Positions 21,901 to 34,300 of a DNA stretch of 64,000 bases are shown one piece after another. The DNA comes from Saccostrea echinata (Eukaryota). Numbering within the stretch: the first letter of the stretch is position 1; each line of letters opens with the position of its first letter. Where the stretch lies: the NCBI RefSeq assembly GCF_033153115.1, contig NW_026889752.1:4154001-4218000 (forward strand), read 5' to 3'. The translations under genes and the position numbers were made by a program. The notes below the pieces were generated by a model that saw only the letters and a list, made by a program, of their open reading frames with translations, did not search any database and was not told the DNA's origin.

Positions 21901-24692
21901 ATTTTTGAATGTGACAAATACAGTTCTTGTAACTTTGGATGAATGCTGTCCTTTACTTTGTTGCAAAATAATGGAATTTCGGCAAAGTAGTTGAAACGAA
22001 GGTCCAATATTTGCAATCTTGGTAAGCATTGGAAACGATATCCCTGTAAAGTGATTATACTTGTATTTAGAAGATAAAGTTTTGTTAGATTAGGTGTTAA
22101 ACTTTGACGTATTACTCCACAAAACACGGGAATATCCCTCAAAAGCGTATTTCCCAAGTCTAAGACTCTAAGGGATGACAGACATATCAATGATTTATTT
22201 TGTAATTTTGAGATAGACGTGAATTGCAGATGCAGTTCTTCTAAATTTGGAACACTGCTTTTTCCGAATGAATTGCAGAAGTTAGGAACATGGGTTATTT
22301 TATTTTTGCTTAGATATAATACTTCTCCCGCTATACCAGTATTGTCTAAGAACAAGGATTCCAGTTTATTATCACTACTCCGAGTACCGAGGCAAAGTTC
22401 AGGAAAACCACCGAGTCTTGTACCTACTACATTCAAAATTTTAAGCTTTGGAAGGCAATGAAATATAGATGACGTAATAAATCTCAATTTTGTTGATTGT
22501 AGCCTTAGGCGCTCCAAATAAGGGAGTTGTTTTATTTTCCCTTCGCAAAAAAATTCATATCTTTAAAACTGGACGACGAAAAATCTAATGCTGTCAGTTT
22601 AAGATCCTGAAAAATGTCTGCTGTTAAATTCCGCAGTTGATTACCTGCTAGTACTACCGTACTCAAGTTAGTATGGGAAACATATTTGAAGAAATCAGGT
22701 ACAATGTAATTCCATCTGTTTGAAGTAAGATTAAGAATCTGTAAAGAGGATGAAATATTAAGGAACGCATCTCTTAAAGTTTTGGAAGGAAGTTTTCTGT
22801 TATGAGATATTTCCACTTCTTTTAAATTCCGGAGATTTCGGAAAAGTCCAGTTTGCATAAATTGCATATCTAAACTGTCAAAGCATAGTTTAGTTAAAGG
22901 GAGATCTGTAAAGTTCTGTAGGTTGCGTACAAAAATCTTTTCACATTTGAAATAGCGAATAGTAACATCTTCTATGTTATCTGGAAGTTTAGGAAAAAAC
23001 AAAAGTTTTTGTCCTTCATGTACAGACTTGCAATCTGCTTGATGAGTTTTATCGTCACACAAACACATTCCATTGCCACAGTAAGTTACTGCTGCTAACG
23101 ACGACTCCAACACGGATAGCAGAAGAAAACAACACATTTGAAGAATGTCTACATTCACTTCCATTTTTTCTTCAAATCTGTGAAATATGAAGTAGTGTTA
23201 TATACACCTTTTAATGTACAAGTTAAAATCAATAATTTGTGATGATAGAAATCGTCATTAATTTTATTAAATTCATAAAGTTAACTTCCTCCTTGATTGA
23301 AAATGTTTTCTACTTTAAAAAATAAATTTGACAATAGCGAAAACAAAATGAAATCATTCACATTACTACATCTGAATGATACTCTTATCTGTTTCACAAA
23401 ACGTTCTGTTATTTTTAGAATAATTTTGCTCTACAATGTACGTGTTCTTCAAGTTTTTACTTCCGCATATTGTCATAGCGAATTGAGAAACATGAATTGA
23501 ATAATAATGATTCATCTCTTTACTTAAAAAATCACATAGAATAATTTTGAGCTAATATCAACCAAATCATGCTGAAAGCGTAATTCAAAAGATCCATTTA
23601 AAAAGATTTTAATTGAGCATTCCACTTTTAAACCCCTTTTATATATATCAAAATTTTTCAAATATCAGATACATGTACTTATAAACCCACTGGAAGAAGG
23701 CATTTTTATGCAATCTAAAATTTCTTATAGATAAAGTTATTGGACCATTTGATAGATATAAAGCTTAATTTTAATGACTATGAGATATGATTTCAAAAAT
23801 ATATATACTCACATTAAGGATCGAAATTCAAAGATCCTTTATGAATTGATCAAAAATATTTAACATCTTTCGCATATGCTTCCTGTTACTTCCGCATTCT
23901 AGAATTTCGTTGGAAGTTTAGGAATACATAAGGGATATATTTAATCTGTCAAGTACAAATTCGTTTCTATGATTCATGCAAGACGGTTTATATATAACTA
24001 CATTACCTGCATTTTAATAGTCTTAAATTTACACGTTAGATTAAAAAAAAACAACAAAGAAATCTGTTGAATATATTTTTTTAAATATTGATTTAATTTA
24101 AATATATATATAGATAATTTTAAGAAATATAATATACGCACCAGTGTGGTCGATGGGTATTCACAAAGTGTGAATCAATATCATTTAGAACCACCAGGTA
24201 AAGCACGTTCATAAATAATGATAAAGCTCGAGTTTGTATTTAAAAACACAAGGGAAACCAGAAATTACAAAAGTATTTGCTATTCCTATTCTCCATTCAA
24301 ATACATAACAAAACTCAGTGGTCGGTTTACTATTCAAATACTTTAAGGAAAGATGATACAAACAAACAAAAAATTGATGCCTGGTTAGGTAATATATATT
24401 TTGGACCTATTTTGTTTATAAATGAAACAAAAAATTTCTAAAATATAAAGAAATTGTAAATAATATATGACGTTCAAAAGTCTATCTTTCTGCATATGTT
24501 TTCTATATATATTTTTTGAGACTTAAGATCCCATTATTGAGACTTTGAATAAAAAATTAAAATATGTGCGGTTAATCTAATTCATATTACTTATTAAAAC
24601 ATGACTGAAGTTGTTACTTTCAATATTTTTTTAATAAAAAATTGTTTGTATCATCCGTCCTTAAGTGTCTTAGTGTACAAGCATTTTTTCGG

Positions 24693-24732
<40 letters not shown>

Positions 24733-25855
24733 AATCGCTTAAAAAAAAGGCACAAAACCTTTACCCCTAAAGCTATCCTGGCTAAAATTGTCAAAGTGTA
24801 TGTATTGTTGTAAAGGAAACATAGTACTAGGGCTGGATAACATCCACAATTCCATAATGCAGCCTCCATTTTTCAGTCAGAAGTAGGGCCTGGGAGAGAC
24901 TAGTTTAAAGGAACACAGTCTATACGACCCCTAGCCCTTAGGGCTACCCTACCCAAATTGATCACAGTGTATCTTATATGCATACAAAAATAAGGGTACA
25001 TTACACAGTACAAGAAGCTGGATAACTTCCACAATCCCATAACTTTACATTTATCTTTTATCAGGGGATTAATCAGATGACCATCAAAAGGAATTAGGTT
25101 CACAAGACCCCCAATCCCTAAAGGTAGTCCGTCCAAAATGATCGCAGTGTTTACAATACAGGTATAAGTGGTAGGTAGTACACTGTACAAGGGACTGGAT
25201 TACTTTCCTTTTCTTTTTGATGATTATATTGTTATCCCAGGCCAAAGTTGAAGGCCAAATTTTGGAATATGGATGTTATACAGTCCCTTTTATTCTGTTC
25301 ACCGTATGTTTTATATGCACCGCGACCAGTTTAACAAGGCTGATTATAGGGTTTGGTGTTCTTGTTAACCTTATTCTAATAAAGCTCACCGGAACAGTCC
25401 CAGACCCCTCCCTTAAAGATGAAGGTTGACTTATAAGACACGCAGCACTGTAAAGACGAACTATGAAGAAATCAATGGAATAAAGACGTGCACAAATAGA
25501 TACCGTTTAAAACTAAATTTATTTTTGTTAAGCTATTTTTTTAGCATACTAGTTAAATATGAATCAATATAACATAGCATACTGCACTCGAATATAAATT
25601 TAGTTTAGTCACTTGATTTGACAGTCACGAGGTACTATGCATAAAATTTGAGGTCATATACAAATTTGAATATTGCAAGGGCATACCCTAAAAAAAATTC
25701 ACTTAATGTATATTTTCTACATATTATGTAATTTCTCCTGCTTTGTAGAGAATTAACATTTTACTACTTTAAATTTCAAATAATATACTTCATGTTGAAA
25801 TATGCATGCCCTTTACTAATTTTTGTATTTATTAAGTAAATTTTGTGGTTTTCGA
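18863..25855. repeat. Segmental duplication unit 2 (peptide B + TLR-2 + upstream flank)
   Basis: Near-identical to 8360-17463 apart from indels. Confidence 0.92.
20513..23164 (-). pseudogene. Toll-like receptor TLR-2, disrupted paralog of TLR-1
   Basis: Relative to TLR-1: 1-bp deletion in an A-run (~22547-22553, 7 vs 8 A), 1-bp insertion in a T-run (~20629-20636, 8 vs 7 T), 39-bp in-frame deletion at ~22324 (IPNKLFTCLEKLK) and a 5'UTR donor GT>AT change at 23388. These explain the split ORFs 22532-23164 and 20607-22517. Confidence 0.8.
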
Positions 25856-26642
25856 AATGAGCAGGACTTTTTGCGTTAAGGATTATTTCAAATATTTTTG
25901 TTTAAGATCTATGCCCTTGCTGCATACCCTTGCGAAAAGGGGCGCCTAGATCACCAACTTCATTCCTATACAAAAAGCGCAGAGGAATAAAATAAAAACC
26001 CTTTCTGGATATTATTTAAATGTAGTTAATGCCATTACATGTAGTGATTGACATTAAGGACATACGCAACGTACTTTACCTTCTGATAATTTTTCAAGAT
26101 ATTCTTAATTTAAGATTAAAGTGCCATCAGATGTTTGTAGACAAAAAATCAGCATGCATAACCAGGGGTTTTAAAAAGATATGAATTGATGAAAAATCTT
26201 GTATAATTCAAAGAAAAATATACAAAAATTACCAAACATATATTCTAGATGTTTTGTTTATCCAAACTTGTTTTAGAAGAAGTGTACAACAACATATATA
26301 AACAATAAAATGTAGCACACAGTTCCTTTAAGTATTGGAACTCTTCAACTCCAGTGAAAAAGACAATAAAGTTCAAACTACCATGCGTATGTCCTTAATC
26401 AAAAGTTACACATTTGAATAAATGGTCGATCAATTTAAACATCTCTAAACAATATCCGGTTATAACAAAATGTATTTTTCCCTGTGAAAAGAAAAATACA
26501 TCATCCGCCTCTCGCCGCATATGAAATGCATCAGATTTTACCATGACGATGTCACGCCGACAAGTACATAGCAAACAGCTACTTGATTACATCTTGCTTT
26601 GTTGTATTTATTTATTTAATGACGAAATAGAACTCAGTGGTA

Positions 26643-26949
26643 TTTTGTTTGTTTGTTTGTATGTTGTTTAACGTCCCTCTCGAGAAGTTTTCACTCATAT
26701 GGAGACGCCACCACTTGCCGGTGGAGAGCTGCAAATTTTGTCCTATGCTCGGCACTTACGGCCATTGAGCAGTGAGGGATCTTTTTCGTGCCAGCACCTA
26801 CTGCGACACGGGACCTCGGTTTATACGGTCTCATCCGAAGGACCGGTCTCCACGTCCCACAGTGGGATTCGAACCCGCGACGTAAGGATCAACTCCTTAC
26901 TTCGCGACTCTAGAGCAGACGCTCTAACCACTGCGCCACACGGGCGACT
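26643..26949 (-). mobile_element. Full-length tRNA-derived SINE with 12-bp target-site duplication
   Basis: TSD AACTCAGTGGTA at 26631-26642 and 26950-26961. A box TGGCGCAGTGG, B box GTTCGAATC and (AAAC)n tail. Body homologous to 7330-7660. Confidence 0.9.
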
Positions 26950-27169
26950 AACTCAGTGGTAAGTCCTGATATAGTTAATACTTTTATATAGATTAGAATT
27001 GAAAATTATTTCATTTCCTGATAGTAATCTAGCCAGTTCCAGGTCCCTCCCCTGGATAAAGATGACTGTTAAATTAAGAGATTGTTGATGTAATCCATCA
27101 CTTTCGTCATATTCCAATTTAAACTGCACTAAACGGGTATGTATCACAACCAGTTTGGAATGATTATCT

Positions 27170-27803
27170 GTAAGAGTGAAATATATGGGGATAACGAACA
27201 GTATTCAATCTCAAAAGTCCATTAAACATTACAAAATAGGTACAGAGCAAACACGGACCTCCAAAACATCAGAGGTGGGATCAGGTGCCCTGGAGGAGCG
27301 AGAATCCCCTGCCGACAGGTCACATCCGCTGTGTGCTCCTTGTCATGATCGGGAAATAACGGGAAAATCCGTCGACAATTCAGTGTGTAAATAATAGCCT
27401 AAGAATTAGTTTGAAAAACGTCATTCAGCATTTGACTCAGTGATAAATTGTATTTGCTGACAAGGTCATTGTATCGACCATAGAACAACGAAATGATGAC
27501 TTTAAACGAGATTGCTGATATTCTTGTTTCATCAACTTGTTTGTAAATAATTTACCTCGTTTTAGAACTTTTACATACGTAGAGCATGCTCTTGCGTATC
27601 GAATCAACTGAGATATATAAACCCCGTATGCAGGTGATGAAGGTATATTGCTGCATAAGTAAGGGAAGTTGACGATTGAAAAGTTAAAGCCATCACGTTT
27701 ATCATAAAGCTTGGTTGTTAGATTACCATTAACGTCTTTTTCAAGTAAAATATTCAAATATGAAACAGATGTGTCAGACTCTGTAGTATCTTTTATCTCA
27801 AGG
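27170..27803 (-). mobile_element. 3' fragment of a Penelope-like (Naiad-type) retroelement: RT C-terminus plus 3'UTR
   Basis: ORF 27437-27757 KLYDKRDGFNFSIVNFPYLCSNIPSSPAYGVYISQLIRYARACS is an RT thumb-type motif. The 3'UTR motif GGGATCAGGTGCC recurs at ~9420-9490, ~19900-19975 and (inverted) 56205-56390. Confidence 0.7.
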
Positions 27804-28309
27804 TGGGGTCTTGAATCTTTTTTAATAAAATGTCTTTGCTTCGCTTCTACTGCTTGTGTTTAAATGACTCAATTTCATGTGTTAAAATGACTCAATTTCA
27901 TTTTTTTTAAAGTTATCAAAACAGATACGGTAATATGGTACGCTATTCTAATAGTGAAGAGCATATAGCAGTAATTTTACAGATACGTGTATGAGCTTTT
28001 TTGTGCCGCCAACGTTTTATTCCAGAAAAATGAGGATCACAACTACACTGTCTATCCGTACGTCAACTCTCTGTCTGTGAAGACTAATACATTCGCACGA
28101 ATGTCAAAACATTCTATTATAAATCACATCATTTTTAAACTCGGTGAAAACATACTCAATCAACTCTCACCTGGTCCGAATAGTCATTCCCCTTCGACCT
28201 TGATTAAACAAACTTAAATCTGCATTCCTGATAATACTTGCATATCTGTATGACTTATCATGCCTTGTTGTTCTTGAAAGGAAGATTTACTTTCTTTTTT
28301 ATATATTCT

Positions 28310-28687
28310 GATGATAAATTTTGATTTCCCATTGTGGCCCTACCCTATCCACGATGTCATGTTCTGAACAAACTTTTATGTACACTAAATCAGGAAACAA
28401 TCTTCCGCCAGAGTAGTTCTTGAAAAGAAGTTTTTCTACTCTACGTACCCATTTTTCCCTTTTCTTGATCCTCTGCTCTTTTAAGAGAGTGTAGCCATTC
28501 ATTTGGACGTTCTAGATTCCTCTTCACCAAAGAATACTTTTTGGTAAGGTTGATTGAAATTGGTCATGTAGTTCAAAAGAAGGCGTTGAATATGCGAAAG
28601 ATTAACAAATGGATAGGAATACATTTGACGGACGACAGCTGGTCAGAAAAGATCACTAAACATTTGGTTCAGGTGATCAGCTAAAAA
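28310..28687 (-). mobile_element. Helentron-type non-autonomous element (HINE/pearl-like) fragment
   Basis: GACGGACGAC microsatellite followed by a degenerate AAAAGNTCAC..GGTGA..GCTAAAAA subterminal hairpin. Confidence 0.5.
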
Positions 28688-30540
28688 ATATCAGCAGTGC
28701 ATATCATTTCATTCATTCAGTATCTTTCCACAATATTTAATAAAACTGCGATATATCATTTCGTTGGTGTGAGAGAGTTAGAATTGATTTGACAGGTGTT
28801 ATGTACTTCCTTAAACATGTGATTTATAATTAAAGTTATAGTGTATTTAACGTATCATTTCAAGGACTCCCCCATTTGTTTCATTGATGTATTTAAGTGT
28901 CCAGTCATGGTATTTAGAAACATCGTCCTTGTTGTTATCCTTCTCGGTCTGTTTGTTTGTTATACTGTCTTTCTCCTCAAACTATTCTTTCATTTTAAAA
29001 AGTAGCCAACTCATCTTTTGAAATATGATTGGTATCTTAAACATGTTTAAAAACGCGAAGATTTGGAAATTTTCATTTTCACTATAGGGGCTCAATGAGG
29101 GTATAAAACTTTCCTCTTCAAAAACCTGGTTCCCAGAACTCTTCTTTCGTTTATTACAGTAGCCTATATATATTTTGGAATGTGATTAGGAGCGTCCTGT
29201 GTATGTGCAATAAGGTTTATGAATTCTATTTTCAACCTGGGGGACGACTGAGGATTGAAAAACGATGTTTTTCTACAAAAATCTTGTTCCCTGAACTTCT
29301 CTTACACTTTTTGCAGTATAGCCAAATTATCTTTTGGATGGAGATCGGTCGTGTCCTATAGATGTAATTATGTTTCAGAATTTTGATCTTCACCGTGGGG
29401 ACGGGGGGCAAATGGGCGTCAAAAATGATTTATTTTTTTTTAAACAAAAATTTGGTTCCCTAAATTCCCCTCCCATTTTTTCACAGTTGCCCAGTCATAT
29501 TTTGGAAAAAGTCTGGGAGTCTCCTGTAGATGTGGATTTAGGTTTCGGAACTTCGATTTTCGCCCTGGGGGCGATTGGAGGTCCAGAACTGACTTTTTCG
29601 TAAATTGTAGAATAATTGTGGCTTTCCCCCTTGTTACCCAAATATAAAGGTGAATACATTTAGATGCTAACACCTAAGTGCCCGTATTACTGTCTTATGG
29701 CAGCATCTAGTTTTAATGATTGTGCAATATTCATATCTTATTAGAAATAATAAATTTGAATTGCAGCACACTTAAGGCTACAAAAAGGAAGTGGTGCCTT
29801 ATTTATACGGGAAGTATTTATTGTGACTTCATACAAAAATATCAATTCTTCAAATTACCATAAAATGAAAAGATTTGTGGTTTTTAACTGAAGGAAAGCT
29901 TCAAACTACATCAAAACTTACTATTGCATGTACTTTTGTCGTTAATTAAATGCCATACAGCAAGGTATAAACAATTCACTGTACTGGTCAATGTGACATC
30001 ATATCGTGACAAAGTTTGTATTCAGTGAGAGGTTTTATTACATTTTCAATAGTAAAATACTGTAATTTATTTACTGAATAAAAGTGATATTCTGACACAG
30101 TGAGACATGGTATCAAAATGGTATTCTCACATTGTGAGAATATCAGAAGTGCGACAAAACTTCAGATTTTCCTTCCCTTCAAGATTTTTTTTTAAATCCC
30201 TGGTCTGTTATAAGATAGAGTTAATGAGCCATTCTGACAGAGACTAATAGTTATATTGCCAAAGTTTTTTTTCCAAATATGTCGTTAAAAATCCATGTTT
30301 ACAACGTTTTTCAATATCGCAATCGCTTATAGCTATGACGTCTCGACCGCTCCACTATGACTTCACAGCATATGACACTTTGTTATGAAAAGACAGAGGC
30401 AAAGGAAAAATCTAATAAAAATGTAATAAACAGAAAATACAATGTTTTGTAGATGAATATGGAATTTATTTTACTCGTGAGACAGGATTTTTTTTTTATA
30501 TTTTCACTCTTGCTTCGCACTCGTGAAAAAAAAAATATGT

Positions 30541-31195
30541 ATGGACCCCCTATGTGGAACCTGTCCTTATTTAAAAACAGGAGAGACGTTTACTTTTAAA
30601 TGTGGTAAAACATTTACCGTAAATGCGAATATGTCATGCAAAACTAAAAATTTAATATACTGTATGACTTGTACTTCATGCGGGGAAAACTACATTGGAC
30701 AGACCGGTAACAAACTAGCTGACCGTGTAAGAGTCCATAAACAACAAATACGGGACCCTTCTGTCAGGAATACGCCATGCAGTGAACATTTTGATTCATG
30801 TGCGAATGGAAACTTTTTAATATTTCCATTTTATAAAGTTCTAGAAAATAATGAACAATTACGGAGAGCCAAGGAAGATTACTTTGTAAAATTATTTAAA
30901 CCTAAACTAAATGTAAATTGAACATTATAGCTTAAAAATAGCAGTCTATTTCATCACAATGTACATATGTTCAATTCTCTACTTTTGGCGCCCTAATGAC
31001 ATTTACCTGCGCCAATATATAATGCTGCCTTTATGAAGTCACAATAACGACGTCATAACAACCAAGTTGTATTGTTTTTATAAACTTTGTTACACTCTGA
31101 AGAGCCTCACGGCGAAAGCGCTTAGTGTAATAATTAAATGTGAACTTGTTTGTTTATCTTGGATTTTATTTTAATTTATAACCTACCTATACCGT
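30541..31195 (+). mobile_element. 5'-truncated Penelope-like element: C-terminal GIY-YIG endonuclease plus 3' repeat region
   Basis: ORF 30523-30921 contains CGTC, NLIYCMTCTSC, NYIGQTG, RVRVH, HF and a terminal E..P.LN. A hammerhead motif lies downstream. The element is cut by the N gap. Confidence 0.85.
31090..31130 (+). ncRNA. Minimal type I hammerhead ribozyme
   Basis: TTACACT-CTGAAGA-GCC tcac GGC-GAAA-GCGC-TT-AGTGTAA: CUGANGA and GAAA cores, 7-bp stem I, 3-bp stem II and palindromic stem III (AGCGCT). Confidence 0.85.
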
Positions 31196-31349
31196 NNNNN
31201 NNNNNNNNNNNNNNNNNNNNNNNNNNNNNNNNNNNNNNNNNNNNNNNNNNNNNNNNNNNNNNNNNNNNNNNNNNNNNNNNNNNNNNNNNNNNNNNNNNNN
31301 NNNNNNNNNNNNNNNNNNNNNNNNNNNNNNNNNNNNNNNNNNNNNNNNN
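31196..31349. other. Assembly gap (154 N)
   Basis: Run of N. Confidence 1.
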
Positions 31350-34300
31350 TTAAAACAAATGCCTTATTTATTTTATATGTTTTATTCGAGTTGGCAGGTA
31401 TTGTCCACAGTGGTCTACACAACAGTGGGGCAGCCGGCAAACTGGCACATCCCCCAACATCAACAATTAAGTTGTGCCCTCCCTGACGGGAAAAGTAGCA
31501 CGCTGGGTTGACCTCAATCGTGCTACGGACACATTTCAACATAAATTATCTTTAATTATATTAATTATAATTAATTATATCAATTATATTACATAATTTT
31601 GCTTTAGATTTACTCTATATGAGATATAATTTTCAAAGTCAACATCACAGATATCAACATCAACCATCACATATATCAACATCAAGCACAACAAGTCAAG
31701 AATATAAATAGTTCAATGGTTAAATTGAAGGTGACGATTTCGCCACATGGGCACCGCAGGTGCCCACCGCCACCTGGTGGGGGTAGGCAGCTTCAATTTA
31801 ACCACCCACCGTGGACCCTTAGCCTACTCAAAACCCTCAGCACCCCACCCACTGTGAATACCACTATTTCATTGTCTCCACTACTCACTGTATCTTCAAT
31901 ACAAGATTAAATCAATTCTTTATCAGCCATCCCTGCTGTATTTAAGATAAATGATCTGGTTTCCCAACAAATTAAGTGTGCCTGAGAACAACCCACCCCC
32001 TCCCTGGAATCTTGTACAAGTTTTTGTTAATTCTGCTTTGGGTCTTTTTATTTCCCTGATATTTTTAGTAACAACAGGTTATTTTTACTGAGGCATGAAT
32101 AAGAACGAAACTAGTCTGGTGTAAGAAAATATGTAAATAATATCAATCTCTAATCCCCACTTACCCTATTCTTGTATTTTTATTTATTTGTTTATTCATT
32201 CATTTATTTTTAAAGTCATTTGAAAAGTTGCAAACTACTTCCAGCTGAGATTGCAATCAAGTAATAAACAAGCACAAATCCTCTTTAACCCCCCCCCCCC
32301 CCCTACTTTTCCCATCTGCATATGGCTGCTGTTCCTGCATTGTTGACAATGTTGCAATGACAAAATTTTAAGTGTTATCACATTCCCACTTCGTAAAGAG
32401 ATTAAGGGATACCTATCTCCCTGCTATCTTTATTACCTAATCTGGAAAACCATTTTTGCTCAACAGCAGCTGCGCTGGTTCTAAAGGAATAAGGTCATAC
32501 CACTTATTTTTGAAACCAAGCTCTGCCAAAGCCTCTCCATTTAAAATTGATTAAAACATATACTAATTACCTTCCAACCCAAGAGACACAATGGAGGACT
32601 ATGAAATGTTAATAATTTCCAAAGTATTTGTAGATGTATATGTACTGCACCAGACATGAAGTACCTATATGACTAAATTCTATATTCCAGACCCTTGCCC
32701 AGCTGGTGCTCTCTCAAAATCTGTATCTTATCACCTTAAACTTCTTACTTCAGGAATTCTGAAACTGTAACATTAATTAGAATGGGTTACCCCCATCCCT
32801 CACCCCAAGGCAAAAATATGGCTAAGACTAGGTTGGGGGGAAAAATATATGGACTTAAATCTGTTTTAAAGTTGTAAATATGCATAATTATATGAAGGCC
32901 AGCATACAAATTAATTGTCCAAGTATGAGCTAAGGCAATGGCAACCTATCCTTTATTTAATACCCTAAAATGCTGGGGAAGTTTTGCTAAAATGAATCTT
33001 TAACTCCTTCAGATTTGCATTGTACCCACCAGCTGATACATAGATGTAAACTATATATGCATTGATGATGCATCTGAATCACCTTCGACATTAATATATA
33101 AACATAATTATAAAAGTACATGTATGCTAACTGCTTAGTTGAGGGGTGTACACCAGTGACATATATGTAATTGGCAATTGGGTTTGAACTGACATTTTTC
33201 AATGGAGAAATGCCCATTAGATATATGCATGATAAGTGTCAGCAGTTTTTGTAGAATTGCTGTCTTTAAAAAAAACAGTAGCCTCATTTCTGGGACAACA
33301 TACAAAACATTGCAGGAAATGGATCAGATTCTATTCAATTCAGGTCTGTGGAACAATATATGTCTAACACCCCTCCCCCTTCAACCCCAAGAATTTGCAT
33401 CTGCTTGCAAAGCAGATTAATAGTAAATCTTACCTTATGCTCAGTTTTTTATGTTTTATATTTCATGATGAATAAAACCAGTTTCCCAAACATATCACCT
33501 TTTGTGAGTTTAAGAACCGTGAATTAAATTTTGAACTAAAGCAATTTTTTTCCCGAGTTAAATTACAAATCTTTTAATTTTCCCACTTAGAGACACAACA
33601 GAAACCATCAATGACCAAAAATTAGGCCCAAATTTTACAGAATGTTTTATTATAGCCTCCCCCCCCCCCCCACCAACTGCTTGACCATTGATCAATGCTC
33701 CTTCCCAACCAAAACACAAAAGATTCACATCCACAGCCCTGTCCCAATATGCCTGCATTGACTGTAACAATTAAGGAACCCTATAATTTATTCATTTGTC
33801 AAAACTAAGTTACTCGACAAGTAAAATTGTAAAAGGTCAGGAAATTTAAGTTGCATAATCATATTTTAAGGTTAACTTACCCTCTGATAAGACAGATAAC
33901 TCAATGGATTAAATGTAAATATTTCTAATAAACTTGTCAAGTTACAATGTCTTTTGTGACAATTTTATCCTGAAGCTATGCTAAAATTATCTGCATTTCA
34001 TTTTACCTATTTATTTATTTATTTTTATTTACTAAGACTTGTATTTGTAGAATTGTATTTATATTTGAACCTAAAAGGCCCTTGTGTGCCTAAAAATATC
34101 AAACAAGACCAGAAACTTTTATTACATTTGAAAGAAAACTCCCATGATGAAAATAGTTCCTACATGTAAAATCAAACACTTTCCCAAACCTAAACAAGAA
34201 AATATTCTATATAATTTGATAATAATGTAAGTTTATTTGAGTTTTTGAGGTTAAGTTGAGAAGGTACAAAACTTTTACTTAACACAACTCTATAAATTTA

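Noticed and set aside
26850-26949. tRNA genes (also ~7600-7660)
   Set aside because: The A/B boxes belong to SINE heads with a SINE body and tail (and a TSD in this copy). The cloverleaf is incomplete.
28015-28290. Possible two minus-strand exons around a 96-bp GT-AG intron (28075-28170)
   Set aside because: Splice signals are plausible, but the translation resembles nothing recognisable and no start or homolog was found.
31150-31542. ORFs spanning the N run
   Set aside because: Artefacts of the assembly gap.
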